A stretch of DNA of 64,000 nt from Azolla caroliniana (GCA_043228905.1 JBHGNT010000014.1:5828001-5892000), one strand, 5' to 3'; positions 25,627 to 39,300 are shown, counted from the first letter of the stretch. Translations and numbers: made by a program. The notes: generated by a model from the sequence alone, not told the origin.

Positions 25627-26945
25627 GCGGTGCTACAAGATGCCGCACAGAACAAACGTCAATGGTACGAGGAACAAATCGAGAATGAACAACAAAACAC
25701 ACGAGTGGTCAAAGGACGCTTGAATACTGAAATGGGTCGACTCGAAGCATTATACGATAAAGAATCAAAACTATGGCAAGAGGTAAAGGTGCGCTATGAA
25801 GAAAACGTGGCCTCCAGCACAAACAAAATTTTGAACCTCAAGACGGCTCTCAAAGAGATGCGGATGCACTCGGAAATGAAGACCGAACACATAAAAAACC
25901 TCCTAGAAACAAAGCACGAGAGATTCTTGGAACAACTTCAAGCGGCGTTGAACAGAGGATGGGCCGAATGGGCAACGCAAGCCGCCGAGCTCCACACGTA
26001 CCAGGCATCTCAGGAGAATCGACAGAAAGACGGTAATGGCTTCTACAAGCTGAATCAGGAAAGCATTTCCATGGTCCGCGAGGACCTTACACAAGATTAT
26101 CAAGCCCTTGCCGACCGACACTCCAAGGAGATCGCATAATTGCTCGAGGGGTTCAAAGGCAACCAGCTCGACACCTCCCTCCAGCTCTAGGCAATTGAAA
26201 ACAAGTAGAAGAAGGCAGAAAAGGAAAAAAGATTGGTTTCCATCATACTCCCCAACATCGACTCTGGGGAGCATGCAACAGAAGGACCGTAGCACCCAGA
26301 AGAAGAAATTCCAGAGGTCACCATGGTGCCATTGAACCCAACCGAGGATGCGCACCTGGACGTCCTCAGCACCATGATGGAAGATATAGAGGAAGGCCCA
26401 ATGTATGAAGCACCACAAGAAGAGCAAGCACAAGATGCTACACTTGCGGAGGAGACAATACCAACGCTAGTGGCCGCAAGAGAACGCCCTGAAGAATAGA
26501 CACAAGAGGAGGAACCAGAACCAACAGAACCCACCGTCCCGCCTGTACCAGAACCGACAATGCACACTGGCCCCCCCTGAAGTTGAGATAACTAAGCCTA
26601 TCGATCCCCTCAAAGCCACGCCTACGACGTATACCAGGGCATCCCCCATACTTTCTGCAGAACCGAACCATACGGAACCAAACATCCTAGACATCTTCGA
26701 CGAAGAATGAAGGTCTTTTGTGGGTTCGACGTGCAAGCACTATCCCACAAGCGTGATATGTGTTGTCCTTCTTGGACGGTCAAGTGGGAACAGTCGAGAA
26801 GGGAAAATAAAAGGGACAGTTACGGCATGTGAAGTAGATGGGTGGGGGCCGAAGCGTAATGTTAGGAAACAGGTCCCTCCGGATGGGAAGTGAGAAGAAC
26901 AATACTGATGAGCAAACTCGGTCGAGGCCGATAGGCCAAGGCCGA

Positions 26946-27125
26946 AACCGGATGTGGAGTACCCGGCTACGGAAGACCCGGTGAGAACCGGATGTACAGT
27001 ACCCAGCAACGGAAGACCCGGTGAGAACCGAATGACGAGTACCCGGCAACGGAAGACCCGGTGAGAACCGGATGTGGAGTACCCGGAAACGGAACCCCCG
27101 GTGAGAACCGGATGACGAGTGCCCG
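26946..27125 (+). repeat. ~4.5 copies of a 40-bp tandem unit in the Copia D LTR (also at 31716-31895)
   Basis: Unit AACCGGATGTGGAGTACCCGGCAACGGAAGACCCGGTGAG. Confidence 0.9.
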
Positions 27126-27656
27126 ACAAGCGCCGGATGATGCAGGCCCAGTGAGGAGTGCGCACCGGATGAAGGGACATATTCGTAAATATGTTTCTGA
27201 GGGTCCAACGGGGCTATATTTGTAAATAGCCAAAAAGTCATATTAGTATAAATATGACTTAGGGAAAACTTAGTATTGTTGTTGTCATTATTGTTTGCGC
27301 AAGACTAGAGCGCAACAATGTACAGAGAGAGAGAGAGAGATATAAAGAGACAAAGAGTTCGTATCTCTGTTGTAACCGCCACCTGTGGCGAACATAGTGA
27401 ACAAGAGGTCGTTGCCTCTGTGTTCATCTATTGTATATTGTTACATAGTGATAGTTAGCAGTCTGTGGACTACCGTGGTTTTTTCCCATGTTTGGGTTTT
27501 CCACGTAAACATCTTGTGTACTCTTCTCTCGATTGTTTCGTGCATTCATTACCCATTTTTTCTATGTATGATTCTAAGCTCGGTTGTGGCCGAACGTTGC
27601 GCATAGGGAGCGTGTAGTTCCTGTCAAAGTGGTATCAGAGCGAGACGACACAGAAA

Positions 27657-30600
27657 ATGGACGAATCGTTGGGCGGCATGTTCAAGCTCACCGGCTCCAA
27701 CTATTAAGTGTGGAAGTCGAAGATGAGGGACATGCTCGTGGTTAAAGATCTTTGGTTGCCGGTTCAGTTCGGGGACAAGAGACCGGACAAAATCGACGCC
27801 ACGATATGGGAGGTGATGCACATGAAGACAACAGCGTACATTCGGTGCTTCATCGACATGAGCCTATACAACAACTTCAATGAAGAGAGCAAGGCTCATG
27901 AGCTCTGGGAGAAGATCGGCATTATGTTTTAGAACAAAAATGTTGTTAATCAGGTTTCGGTATTCCGGAAGCTAGTAAGACTCCGGTACCAAGATGGCTC
28001 TAGCATGGCGGAGCACATGAATGCCTTCCAGGGGCTGATCCACTAGGCAACATCATTGAAAGTACCTCTCGCCGATGAGGTACTAGCACTACTCTTGCTT
28101 GGTTCCCTCCCAGATAGCTGGGAGACGTTGGTTGTCACTTTGGGCAACGCCGGGTCAGAAGGGAAACGGTTATCCCTGGCAAAGGTGAAGTCGAGCTTGC
28201 TAGATGAGGAGGCGCATCAGAAAGACAAGGATATGAACTCCGACACCAAAGCACTCCTTACCGAATCGGAACACGGAAGACAAAGGAACTGTAGCCCCCA
28301 GAACCGAGAAAAGTCGGGGACACGGTCAAAGTCAAGGGGGAGGCCTACTTGCTTCTATTGCGGCAAGCCGAGACACTTCCAGAAAAACTGTCGGCACTTC
28401 CGAAAGGACAAGGAAACCGATGGCACCGATTCGAAGCGGACACCGAACCGAAACGGTAAAGACCAGAGGGGAACGGACCGAAAGGGAACGACAGCAATTG
28501 CGGCAAGTGAAGAAGAGTTGATGCTCATCACCGAGGAGAGTGAGATAAACCTTGCCGGCGACGAGATGACCTGGGTGGTCGACTCCAGAGCGTCGGTCCA
28601 CCTTACCCCGGACCGGAAATGCTTCTCATCCTACTCAACCGGTGATCACGACTGTGTTCGGATGGGGAATGAAGGTACATGCCGAATTATCGGCATAGGA
28701 GACGTGTGGTTGACAACTCCAACCGGATGCAAGCTGCTGCGGAAGGATGTCTGACACGTTCCGGAGGTTCATCTGAACCTGATATCAGTCGGTCGGCTAG
28801 ATGATGAAGGCTACACGGGTAGCATCCGGAACATTGTCATGAAGTTCAGCAAAGGGAGCCTGATTGTGGCTCGGGCCCGGAAGGTAAACACATTGTACCT
28901 GATGAATGCCCCGTTATGCCCGGAAGAAGTGAATGTGGCTTCCGACACTACCGGTGAGCTGTGGCACAAGAGGCTGTGTCATATGAGCGAGAAGGGGATG
29001 AAGAGGCTTGCAGACGACAACCTCATTCCAGTGAAGAACGTGCACTTAGAGAAGTGCACTGATTTTCTAGTCGGTAAGCAAAACCGGACCTCCTTCCGAC
29101 CAAGGCCACCGATGAGACATAATGCACCACTGGAATTGGTGCATACTGATGTGTGTCAAGTGGACACGAAGTCACATGCAAGATCACAGTACTTCGTGAC
29201 GTTCATAGATGACCACAGCCGGATGTTGCGGGCCACACCGTTGAAGACGAAGGATCATGTGCTATCCGTCTTCAAAGCGCTCCACGCGAGAGTGGAAAGA
29301 GAAACCGGCTGGAAGCTGAAGGCGGTTCGAGTAGATAACGGAGGTGAATATCGGGGGCAGTTCGAGGAGTATTGTCGCTCGAAAGGAATCCGGCTCGAAT
29401 TCACCCTACCGAAGATGCCGGAACTAAACGGGTTGGCCGAGAGGATGAACCGGACCATAATGGAGAGGGGGCATTTTGGGCTGAGGCGCTGTCGACAACG
29501 ACATATGTGATAAACATATCACCCTCAGTACCCTTGGATGGAGACACACCACAGAGAATCTGGACTGGTAAGGAAGTGTCCTACCGGCATCTGAAGGTAT
29601 TCGGGTGTCTTGCGTGTGTGCATGTAGCTAAGGACCAGAGAGGAAAACTAGATCTGAAGACCCGGCCATGCATATTCCTCGGTTACGGCGACGATGAGTT
29701 CGGCTACTGAGTGTCGGACCTGGTCGACAAGAAGGTATTCCAGAGTCGAGATATTATCTTCATGGAGGACAAGACGCTCGCCGACTAGGAGTCGGAGAAG
29801 AAGATAATGAACTCTGAGTCGACCGGTAAGGATTGATTCTACGATGAGCAGACCCAACCGGAAAGAGACCGGTTAGCACTCGAGGAACCAGCCGGTTACG
29901 GTGAGGATACCGAACCGGCAGAAGAAGAAGTAGAGGAAGCTGAAACTAGAACCAGCCAAGACCCCGAATCATATTCGGATGAAGAGCAAATGGAGGGGCC
30001 GGTTACCGAAGCCCAAAGATGGAGATATCCTCTCAGAGAGAGAAGGGCCCCCCGGAGATTTCCGGATGCAGAGCATGTGCTGTTAACCGATGACGGGGAG
30101 CTAGAAAGCTTCGAAGAAGCGAAGGATGACACCCACAGTCGCAAATGGTTAAGTTCCATGCAGGATGAGATGGATTCCCTCCACGAGAACCATACGTACG
30201 AATTGGTGGAGTTCCCGAAAGGAAAGCGAGCACTCCGAAACAAGTGGGTGTACAAGTTGAAACCGGGAGATGCCGGCAACCCCCCGAGATACAAAGCCAG
30301 GATCGTGGTGAAGGGGTTCTAGCAGAAGAAGGTCGTGGACTTCGATGAGATATTTTCCCCGGTAGTAAAGATGACCTCCATCCGGACGGTGTTGAGTATA
30401 GCGGCAAGCATGGATCTCGAGGTAGAGCAGCTAGACGTGAAGACGGCATTCCTTCACGGTGACCTCGAAGAGGAGATCTACATGCAGCAACCGGAAGGAT
30501 TCGTGGAAAAAGGGAAGGAGCGCCTGGTTTTCCGGTTGAAGAAGAGCCTGTATGGACTGAAGCAAGCTTCCCGACAATAGTACCGGAAGTTCGACTCCTT

Positions 30601-31669
30601 CATGACCGATCAAGGGTACCACAAGACGCAGGCCGATCACTGCGTGTTTGTGAAGAAGTTCGAAGGAGGCGACTTCCTGATACTCCTTCTGTACGTGGAC
30701 GACATGTTGATCATCGGATGGAACCAGGCCAGAATATGGATGCTGAAAAAGGCTCTCAACCGAACTTTCACGATGAAAGACTTGGGTTCGGCAAGACAGA
30801 TGTTGGGGATGCATATCATCCGGAACAGGCCAACGAAGCAACTGTGGCTGTCACAGGAGAAATACGTGACAAAGGTGCTTCAACGGTTCAACATGTTAGA
30901 AGCGAAACCGGTCGGATCGACACTCCTGGCAAACTGTAGATTATCCGGTAAGCAAAGCCCGAAGACGAAAGCAGAGAAGGTTGATATGATGAAGGTTCCA
31001 CATGCCTCTGTCGTGGGGAGCTTAATGTACGCAATGGTGTGTACCCGACCGGATATAGGATACGCAGTCGGAGTGGTGAGCCGATTTATGAGCAATCCCG
31101 GCAAGGAGCACTGGAACGCGATCAAATGGATACTCCGGTACTTGAAGGGCACTTCAAATATGTGTCTCCGATTCGGCTCCAGAAAACCTCAACTTGACGG
31201 TTTTACCGATTCGGACATGTCGGCTGATGTGGATACCAGCCGGTCTACATCCAGGTATGTAATGACATATGCATGGGGAGTTGTTTTGTGGCAGTCGAGG
31301 CTGCAGAAGACGGTTGCGTTGTCAACCATGGAGGCGGAGTACATGGCGGTTGTGGAAGCCGGCAAGGAAATATTATGGATGAAGGACTTCATCGGAGAGC
31401 TCAGTATCCAGCAAGATGAATACCAACTCTATTGCGACAGTCAAAGTGTCATCCACCTTGCTAAGAATGTGGCTTACCATTCCCGGACAAAGCATATCCA
31501 GTGAAGGTATCACTGGATCCGGGAAAGAGTAGATGACCAGGAGTTCGTACTGACAAAGATCCACACAACCGAGAACGGGTCAGATATGCTGACCAAAGTA
31601 GTGACACCCGACAAGCTGGATGCATGCCGGAAGCAGATTGGACTAGTAAGACATCTCATGCCGGAGTGA
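27657..31669 (+). pseudogene. Copia D gag-pol polyprotein with multiple stops
   Basis: CFYCGKPRHFQKNC, WVVDSRAS, VHTDVC, DNGGEY, QLDVKTAFLHG, LYVDDML, FTDSD. Confidence 0.93.
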
Positions 31670-34312
31670 AGGGGGAGTTTGTTAGGAAACAGGTCCCTAC
31701 GGATGGGAAGTGAGAAGCCGGATGTGGAGTACCTGGCTACGGAAGACCCGGTGAGAACCGGATGTGGAGTACCCGGCAATGGAAGACCCGGTGAGAACTG
31801 GATGACGAGTACCCGGCAACGGAAGACCCGATGAGAACCGGATGTGGAGTATCTGGAAATGGAAGACCTGGTGAGAACCGGATGACGAGTGCCCGACAAG
31901 CGCCGGATGATGCAGGTCCGGTGAGGAGTGCTCACCGGATGAAGGGACATATTCGTAAATATGTTTTTGAGGGTCCAATGGGGCTATATTTGTAAATAGC
32001 TAAAAATTCATATTAGTATAAATATGACTTAGGGCAAACTTAGTATTGTTGTTGTCATTATTGTTTGCGCAAGACTAGAGTGCAACAGTGTACAGAGAGA
32101 GAGAGAGATATATATAAAGAGACGAAGAGTTCGTATCTCTGTTGTAACCGCCGCCTGTGGCGAAGACAGTGAACAAGAGGTCGTTGCCTCTGTGTTCATC
32201 TATTGTATATTGTTACATAGCGATAGTTAGCAGTCTGTGGACTGCCATGGTTTTATCCCGTGTTTGGGTTTTCCACGTAAACATCCTGTGTACTCTTCTC
32301 TCCATTGTGTCGTGCATTCATTACCCGTTTTTTCTGTGTATGATTCTAAGCTCGGTTGTGGCCGAGTGTTGCGCATAGGGAGCGTTTAGTTCCTGTCACG
32401 TAATAATGAGGGAGTAGTAGCAGTCGTAGTATAAGCCGAAGCATTATGAATGTGTGTAACGGTTCACATGCCGAGCATAACCAACCATCGCATGGAAAAC
32501 TTGTAATAGCTAGCGATAATTTGTATTCATTCTTTGCAATATAGTCTCTATTTTGCCTGACTTACTATGTTCTCGTAATTCTTATCTCTGTTTGTATCGA
32601 GTTCATTTCTGTGTCGAATCTCATACGCAGGGGCATGCTATTGCATAAGGCTTCGAATGTAGCCATCCTCCTAATCTCGATAGTCTCCATGATTAGGTTA
32701 CCACTTACGAGATTAGTACACAGTCATCTATACCACGGTCATGAGGTACGTGTTTATCCCTGAACCATAATCACCTTGAGCCAAACACCCAAGGACTGAG
32801 GGTAAGGCACTGTGTAACCCTAACTAGTAACAACTATCGCCATCGACACGGCCACAATCAGTGCCTCCTTGGCCGATTTCAAACTGCTCAAACTGCCCCC
32901 GGTATTGTCCAAAGTTGTCAGCTCGAACTATTTCTAGCCTTTGGCCGGTTTCTCTTTCTACTCTCGCGTGGAACTCCTTGAAGACAATCTGTACCTGATC
33001 CTTTGTCTTCAACAACGAGACCCATAGCTTCCGGTTGTGGTCATCTATGAACATCACGACGTACTGCGACCTAGCATGGGACTTTGTGTCCACTTGGCAT
33101 ACATCGGTATGCACAAGCTCCATTGGTTCTTTCCATCTTGTCGGTGGTCAGGTTCGGAAGGAGGTTCAGTTCTGCCTATCGTCCAAGCAATCGGTGCACA
33201 TCTCAAGTTACACATCTTTCACCTCCGGAATAAGGTTATCCTCGACAAGTTTATGCATCCCTTTCTGGCTCATGTGACACAACCTCTTGTGCCACAGCTC
33301 ACCGGTAGTGTCCGCTGCTAGATTAACTTCCTCACGGCAAATCCAAGCATGCATCAATTACAGTTTGTTGATCTTTTGGGCTCAAGCCACAATCAGACAC
33401 CCTTTGCTAAACTTCATGACTCTGTTCCGAATGCTACCCGTGTAACCTTCATCATCCAGCCAATCGACTGATATCAGGTGCAACCGAACCTTTGGAACAT
33501 GTCAGACATCTTCCAACAACAGCTTGCACCCAGTTGACATAGTCAGTCACACGTTGTCGTAGTGTAGGTTGCACACTATGTGGAAATTATATTTTTGTCC
33601 CTCCGGATAGAGAATGGAGTGCTCGGTGAGAACCGGAAGAAAACGGCATACCGGCAAGGAAGAGCCGGATAAAGAGACATAAATGTAAAAAAAAAAGGAA
33701 ATACTCACTACTGCGCAAGGCGTGATTCGAACTCTGCACCTCCACGTTGACAAACCCCAACCTTACCATTACATTAACTTATCTTAAGTGTTTTAAATAT
33801 AGATTTAATACATATAAGACCTTTATTTATGCATACCTTTATTAAAAGGTAAATCGTGTATTTTTTTAATATATGAAAAACACGAGACACTAAAAATAAC
33901 TCATGCACATCTAGCGTGCATGAGCCCTATACTTAGGAAATAAAAAAGCATCACATGCACATTTAGTGGACATGAACACTTTTTGTAAAAAAAAGCATGA
34001 AGCCATGCTTAGCTCTTCCTTCCTTATATAAGGAGGAGAGAAATATATAAAGGGTTGTTGATTATTTGGATTAAGTATTAATCAATAAAAAAATTATTCG
34101 TGGGATTCACGATTTATACATCTACTTCTCTCTTAACACCCTAAGTACCAATTAATATAGTATACTCGTGTGATTCACGAGTTTCTTATCTTTCTCTTCG
34201 CTATTTACTCATAATTAATCTCTATCGCACGAACTTCTTTCTCCTAGTCCAAGACCTTTGTGGTTCCCACCTGACTCACGCAACGATCCGGAGCCGAAAG
34301 GCACGACACAGT

Positions 34313-34330
34313 TGGTGAACCCGACGTGAA
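34313..34330 (+). promoter_or_regulatory. Primer-binding site complementary to the 3' end of tRNA-Trp
   Basis: TGGTGAACCCGACGTGAA is the reverse complement of the plant tRNA-Trp 3' end (TTCACGTCGGGTTCACCA, recalled sequence), 4 nt after the LTR. Confidence 0.8.
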
Positions 34331-34346
34331 GACGGGTGGCAAGGAG

Positions 34347-36386
34347 ATGGAGGCTCAACAAGCTAACAATATGATGGCGATGTTCGAACGGATGCTTCAA
34401 GAACAACGCACGATGTCGGAGATTTCGGCATCAGTAGAGCGGCTCATGCAACGCAACGGGCAATTTAATGGTAAGGATGTGTCGCGATATTTGCAGGACT
34501 ACAAGGCGGAGATGCTCCGGTGCCGGGCTTCGGAAGGACTGCAAGTGACATCCTTTAACCGGGTGGCGACCGATGGGCTTCAAGGGAGTATCCGCGGGTT
34601 GCAACAACAAAATCCGACGTGGGAAGCATTCGAAGAGGCGTTAAAGACCACGTTTGCCATCGAGGACTCCTCCAAGGCAACGCGGAGGGGATTCGAGGAT
34701 TGGGTGGAAACGTCAGGTAAGGGGCTGAAGGTCCTCGAAGTGTTTTCGACATTCGAAAGTCGGTTTGGGAGGTTGTCCGCGAGAGATCAAACTATTCTTG
34801 CACCGGACAAAGTCATCATGTTTTTGCGAGCTGTGGACGTCCGGGACCGGAAAGATCTCGGAGTGCTTCTTGAGGACACGACCACCGAAAGCGGCCTCAC
34901 CGAAACATGGGAAAGCGTGCGGGATATCGTCGCGCGGTACACGAAGAGGGGGCAATGGCTTGCCAACGAAGAAAAGAGGGTTTCGGAACCGATTCCGAAA
35001 CCGAGAACGGGACTGGAAGACCATCAACCGAGGGCTCGGGAGATTACGGCCGAGAAGGGAGTCGACGCGTCTACGGTGGAGCAGCTGCTGAAGGAGATGG
35101 AGAATCTAAAGATCGCGATGGTGAAGAAGTCGGATGACCGCCCCACAAGCTCCAAATATACGGATCGACGGTGCATATGGTGCGATAGCGCCGAACACGA
35201 TCGGAGGGATTGCGACGACCATAAGGAGGCGCTACGACGGGATCTCATCTACTACGAGGGAAACCGGATTCATTCGATGGACTCTCGGAAGCCACTCCGA
35301 CCGAACTTCCGGAAAGGTGGCATGAAGAAGGTGCTCGAGGAGGAGTTAGCGGCAAGAAGCAACTATGCGACAACCGCGGGAATATGTGTCGGGGAGTCAA
35401 CGGGAGCGAAGGCGTCTTTCTGGCCGGAGGTGCTAGGAAACACCGAGAAAACCGACTCCAACGATATCCAAAACACCGCGGAAGGCGTCCGGGAAGCTAC
35501 GGGATGGGAGTGCCCTGTCGACAAGAATAGCATATACGCCCTGTGTCAATTACATGAGGTGTATGTGGACGAGAAACGACGGCGCACGGAGGATGCGGCC
35601 GGACCATCGAAGATACCGGAAAGCTGGAACTCCGGAGGTAAGGGAAAAGAAAAGGCGACTCCGGCATTCAAGCTCGCCTCGGACATAGAACAACAAACCG
35701 ACTTGAAAAGAGTGTTCGAGGAAAGAATCTTGGATAGCCGGGTAGATTTTTCGCTGCGGGAACTACTTGGAATAGCGAAGAAGGAGTTTCACGATCTTCT
35801 CGTGGATCTCGTGAAAAGGAAGAGACAAAGTACGGAGGAAAATGCTCCAAGGGTGAATGCAAATACCGTTTCAATGAACGACACCGAAGTGGAAGGCGAA
35901 ATTCCGAACTCCCACTATACAAGGCCACACTGGGCACGTGCGACTACGGAGACTCCGGTCCGAATCGGCAACATCAAAGAACCCGTGCTAGCATTGATTG
36001 ATCACGGATCGGAGATCAACTTGATGTCCAAGGAGTTCTACCGAAAGGGGAAGTGGCCTATAAACACCAACCATGGATGGAAGATTCGGGCAGCCACGAA
36101 AACGACAGAAGACCTATTTGCGGCTTGTCCGGATGTGACGGTAAAGATCGGGGATGTCGAAATTGACCAAAATTTCTTTGTGCAGGATGAGGTTTCACAT
36201 TCTGTCATCCTCGGCCAACCCTTTATCATGGCTTCACGGATGGAGACGAAGGTGCTCGATAGTGGTGCGGCTTTTGCGCGAATTCGGAGCCAAAACGGAG
36301 GGAAATCCGTCCAATTCCTAACAGTGCCGGCAAATCACGAAAGGAACAAGAGGGAACTCTTGTCCCAAGTGAGAATGGATTTTTAA
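34347..36386 (+). CDS. Gypsy F Gag-protease polyprotein
   Basis: Open 680-codon frame with CIWCDSAEHDRRDC zinc knuckle and aspartic protease ALIDHGSEINL...ILGQPF. Confidence 0.92.
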   Translation: MEAQQANNMMAMFERMLQEQRTMSEISASVERLMQRNGQFNGKDVSRYLQDYKAEMLRCRASEGLQVTSFNRVATDGLQGSIRGLQQQNPTWEAFEEALKTTFAIEDSSKATRRGFEDWVETSGKGLKVLEVFSTFESRFGRLSARDQTILAPDKVIMFLRAVDVRDRKDLGVLLEDTTTESGLTETWESVRDIVARYTKRGQWLANEEKRVSEPIPKPRTGLEDHQPRAREITAEKGVDASTVEQLLKEMENLKIAMVKKSDDRPTSSKYTDRRCIWCDSAEHDRRDCDDHKEALRRDLIYYEGNRIHSMDSRKPLRPNFRKGGMKKVLEEELAARSNYATTAGICVGESTGAKASFWPEVLGNTEKTDSNDIQNTAEGVREATGWECPVDKNSIYALCQLHEVYVDEKRRRTEDAAGPSKIPESWNSGGKGKEKATPAFKLASDIEQQTDLKRVFEERILDSRVDFSLRELLGIAKKEFHDLLVDLVKRKRQSTEENAPRVNANTVSMNDTEVEGEIPNSHYTRPHWARATTETPVRIGNIKEPVLALIDHGSEINLMSKEFYRKGKWPINTNHGWKIRAATKTTEDLFAACPDVTVKIGDVEIDQNFFVQDEVSHSVILGQPFIMASRMETKVLDSGAAFARIRSQNGGKSVQFLTVPANHERNKRELLSQVRMDF

Positions 36387-39300
36387 AGCGGACTGTTGCG
36401 GAGTGGGGAAGTGATAGTCCGAGAAGCCCTGATACCCCACACAGGAAGAAAACTCTCGGAGCAAAACAAGTACGAATCGGCCCGGATGGGGCATCTACGT
36501 ACACGTCCGTAACCGGAGGAATGAAGAAACAATACCGACAAGTGGAGGATAAGTTACGGTCGGCATCAATAATAAAAGAAGACGAAGAAATCGTGGGAGT
36601 GATCGAGGAAGTGTTCTATGGGAATACACTACAACGGCTTGAAGAGCTTGCGGAAGATAAAAGCCAAGGGAACCGGGTAGTCCCGGTGGAATCGGTCGAG
36701 ATGTACGAGATCGTTGCGAAAATGGGGCCGGATGCGCTCCGCAAAGAAGAAGCAATGGTAAGTACGAAATACAAGACCGTGGAGAAGAAGGTGAAACCGG
36801 CCGCGGGACCACTACCCGCCGATAGCGAACAAAAGAAGAAAGAAGTCTCGGGAGATCCGACACTTCGGAAGTCCGTGGATATCGGACATGCCTTCACAGA
36901 TGAGACCCGGAAGAAACTTCGGATCGGTGGAGGTGGGTTCCTCTTACAAGAAGAAGAAAAACGGTTTCGAGAGATGTTGGAGCAACATGGCAAAGCATTC
37001 GCGTTCACATCGAGGGAGATCGGATGCATTGATCCAAAGATAGTGGAGCCGATGGTGATTTTCACGATTGATCATGTACTGTGGAACCTGAAGCCGATTC
37101 CGGTGCCACGGGCGCATATTCCGAAAGTCATCGACTTGCTCAAGGAGAAGGTGGCGATGGGGATTCTAGAGCCATCAAGTGCTCCGTACTCAAATCGATG
37201 GTTTACGGTTCCGAAGAAGAATGGGTCACTCCGATTCATCCAAGACTTGCAACCGGTGAACAAGGTCACGATCCGGAACTCGGGAGTCGGTCCGATAGTG
37301 GACGAATTCGCGGAAGCTTTTGCCGGACGTGCGATATACTCCATCGGGGACCTATACTCGGGGTATGACCAATTCCAACTAGCCGTGGAGAGCCGAGACA
37401 TCACTACCATGCGGACACTGATAGGACTAGTTCGAATGTGCACACTACCACAAGGAGCGACAAACTCGGTTGCACATATGATGAACGCGATGAACAAGGT
37501 GCTTCGAGATTGCATCCCGGAGATAACGATGCCGTTTCTAGATGACATTCCGATGAAAGGATGCGCGGTGGAAGAAAAAGATGAGACTATGGATGATCGG
37601 GGATGCCGAAAGTTCGTGGTCGACCATATTCATGATTGCGAGAAAGTGTTGCGAAAGCTAGAAGATGTGCACCTAACACTTTCCGGGGAGAAATCGGCAT
37701 TCGGGCAAGAAGAAATATTGGTGGTCGGACATCTATGTGGACCCTACGGCCGAAGACCGTCACCAACAAAGATCGATGCGATTCAAGCTATGAAGGAAGT
37801 ATGTGAGTCAACATCGGAAGTCCGAAGGTTTCTGGGTGCGTGTGCATTCTATCACATATGGATTCCGCACTATGCACATATATCGGACCCGCTCTATCAC
37901 TTGTTGCGGAAAGGTAAGAAATTCGAGTGGAAACCGGAACACACTAAAGCCATGAGGAAGCTCAAGAAGACACTATGGAGGGCGGAATCACTTAAGAAGC
38001 CAAGCTACAAGCGGCCAATCATAGTAACGGTTGATACAAGTCCAGCCGGTATCGGGTGGGTCATCAATCAAGCCGACTCGGATGGTTCGCGGTATCCGAT
38101 CCGATTTGGAGCAAAGGTCCTCAACGAAAGGCAACGCGGATATGCACAAGTCAAAAGAGAATTGTGGGGAGTCGTGTCGGCGATAAAATCGGATCGGGAT
38201 TATTTGATCGGAGCTGAAGTGGTGATCGAGACGGATTGTCTTCCGATACTCGGGATGATGCGGTGTTGTACGATACCGGATGTGGCTATGCTAAGGTGGA
38301 TTGCATATGTCAAGTCACTTAATCCGGAGGTTCGACACATCTCAGGGAAGGACAACGCGGTAGCGGACATGTTATCGAGGGCGCGGTTTGAAGACGACAT
38401 AACCGAATCAGATAATGAAGAAGTTTCCGAAGACTACTTCACGTCAGAACACATATGCCGAGTGAACGTGATCCGAGAATTCCGGGAAGAAGAATACGAG
38501 GGGGAAACCTTGATGATCGGGAAGATGCTACAAGAGGTCGAGGATTCAACCAATGATAAAGAAAGGAGAGCCGAGATCCGAAGGAAGAAGAGGCAAGTCC
38601 AAAAATTCTTCTTGGAAAACGGTTTAATATGGAGGACGCCGAAAAGACCGGATGGGATACCACTTCGAGTAGTCGGGACGAAAGAGCAACGAAACCGGAT
38701 AATGTCCGAGTTCCACGAATCCGATTGGGCTGGACATCGAGGAACATGGGCAACTTTTGTGAAAATCAAGCAAAGATATTGGTGGAAGAACATGTATAAA
38801 GATGTCGCGGAGTTCACAGAAAGCTGCGAGAAATGTCAAGTCTACTCCGGGGTCCGACACCGAGATGAGCTGCATCCGACATTCTCACCGACAATCAACT
38901 TCAAGTGGATGGTCGACATTGTAGCTATGCCGACCGGGATTGGACAAAAGAAATACTTGGTGTTAGCTCGAGAAGATCTCACAAACCAAGTTGAAGGTCG
39001 AGCGCTTCGGAGGAAAACGTGTGCCGCGGTGTGCCAATTTCTTTTGGAAGAAGTGTTTTGTAGGTACGGCTGCGTAGGACAAGTGATTGCGGACCGGGGA
39101 GAACTCGACTCGGACAAAGCTAGGGGATTCTTCGCCAAACATGGAGTTCGGTTAACGTTGACAACGGCCTACAATCCGGAGGCCAACGGGAAGATCGAAC
39201 GAGGACATAGTCCGATCGTGAAAGCACTTGCGAAGGCATGCGACAGAAGGGTGAAGGATTGGCCACAAATGCTTCCGTATGCACTATGGGCGGATCGGAC

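Larger units (their letters stand above)
26860..32398 (+). mobile_element. Ty1/Copia element D (Tnt1/Tork-like), full length, 5-bp TSD CGTAA, decayed ORF
   Basis: LTRs 26860-27626 and 31680-32398 (TGTTAGG...CCTGTCA). CGTAA at 26855-26859 and 32399-32403. PBS TGGTATCAGAGC at 27630, PPT GAAGGGGGAG at ~31668, gag-PR-IN-RT-RH motifs. Confidence 0.97.
11410..32860 (+). mobile_element. Old non-chromovirus Ty3/Gypsy element C, heavily decayed, hosting three direct insertions; ends approximate
   Basis: gag remnants (FPICHSRAHTVDQC), protease ~12760, RT 13185-14054 (EYKDVFAW, DAFPLP), RNase H ~14400 (VDASD), IN 15047-15517 (ISDQG), then extra ORFs at 22709-24046 and 25627-26710. LTR-like AT-richer DNA lies around 26740-26859 and 32404-32830. 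Confidence 0.75.

Noticed and set aside
26946-27125. Regularly spaced repeats resembling a CRISPR array
   Set aside because: Contiguous tandem units without unique spacers, duplicated in both LTRs, with no cas genes and a eukaryotic context.
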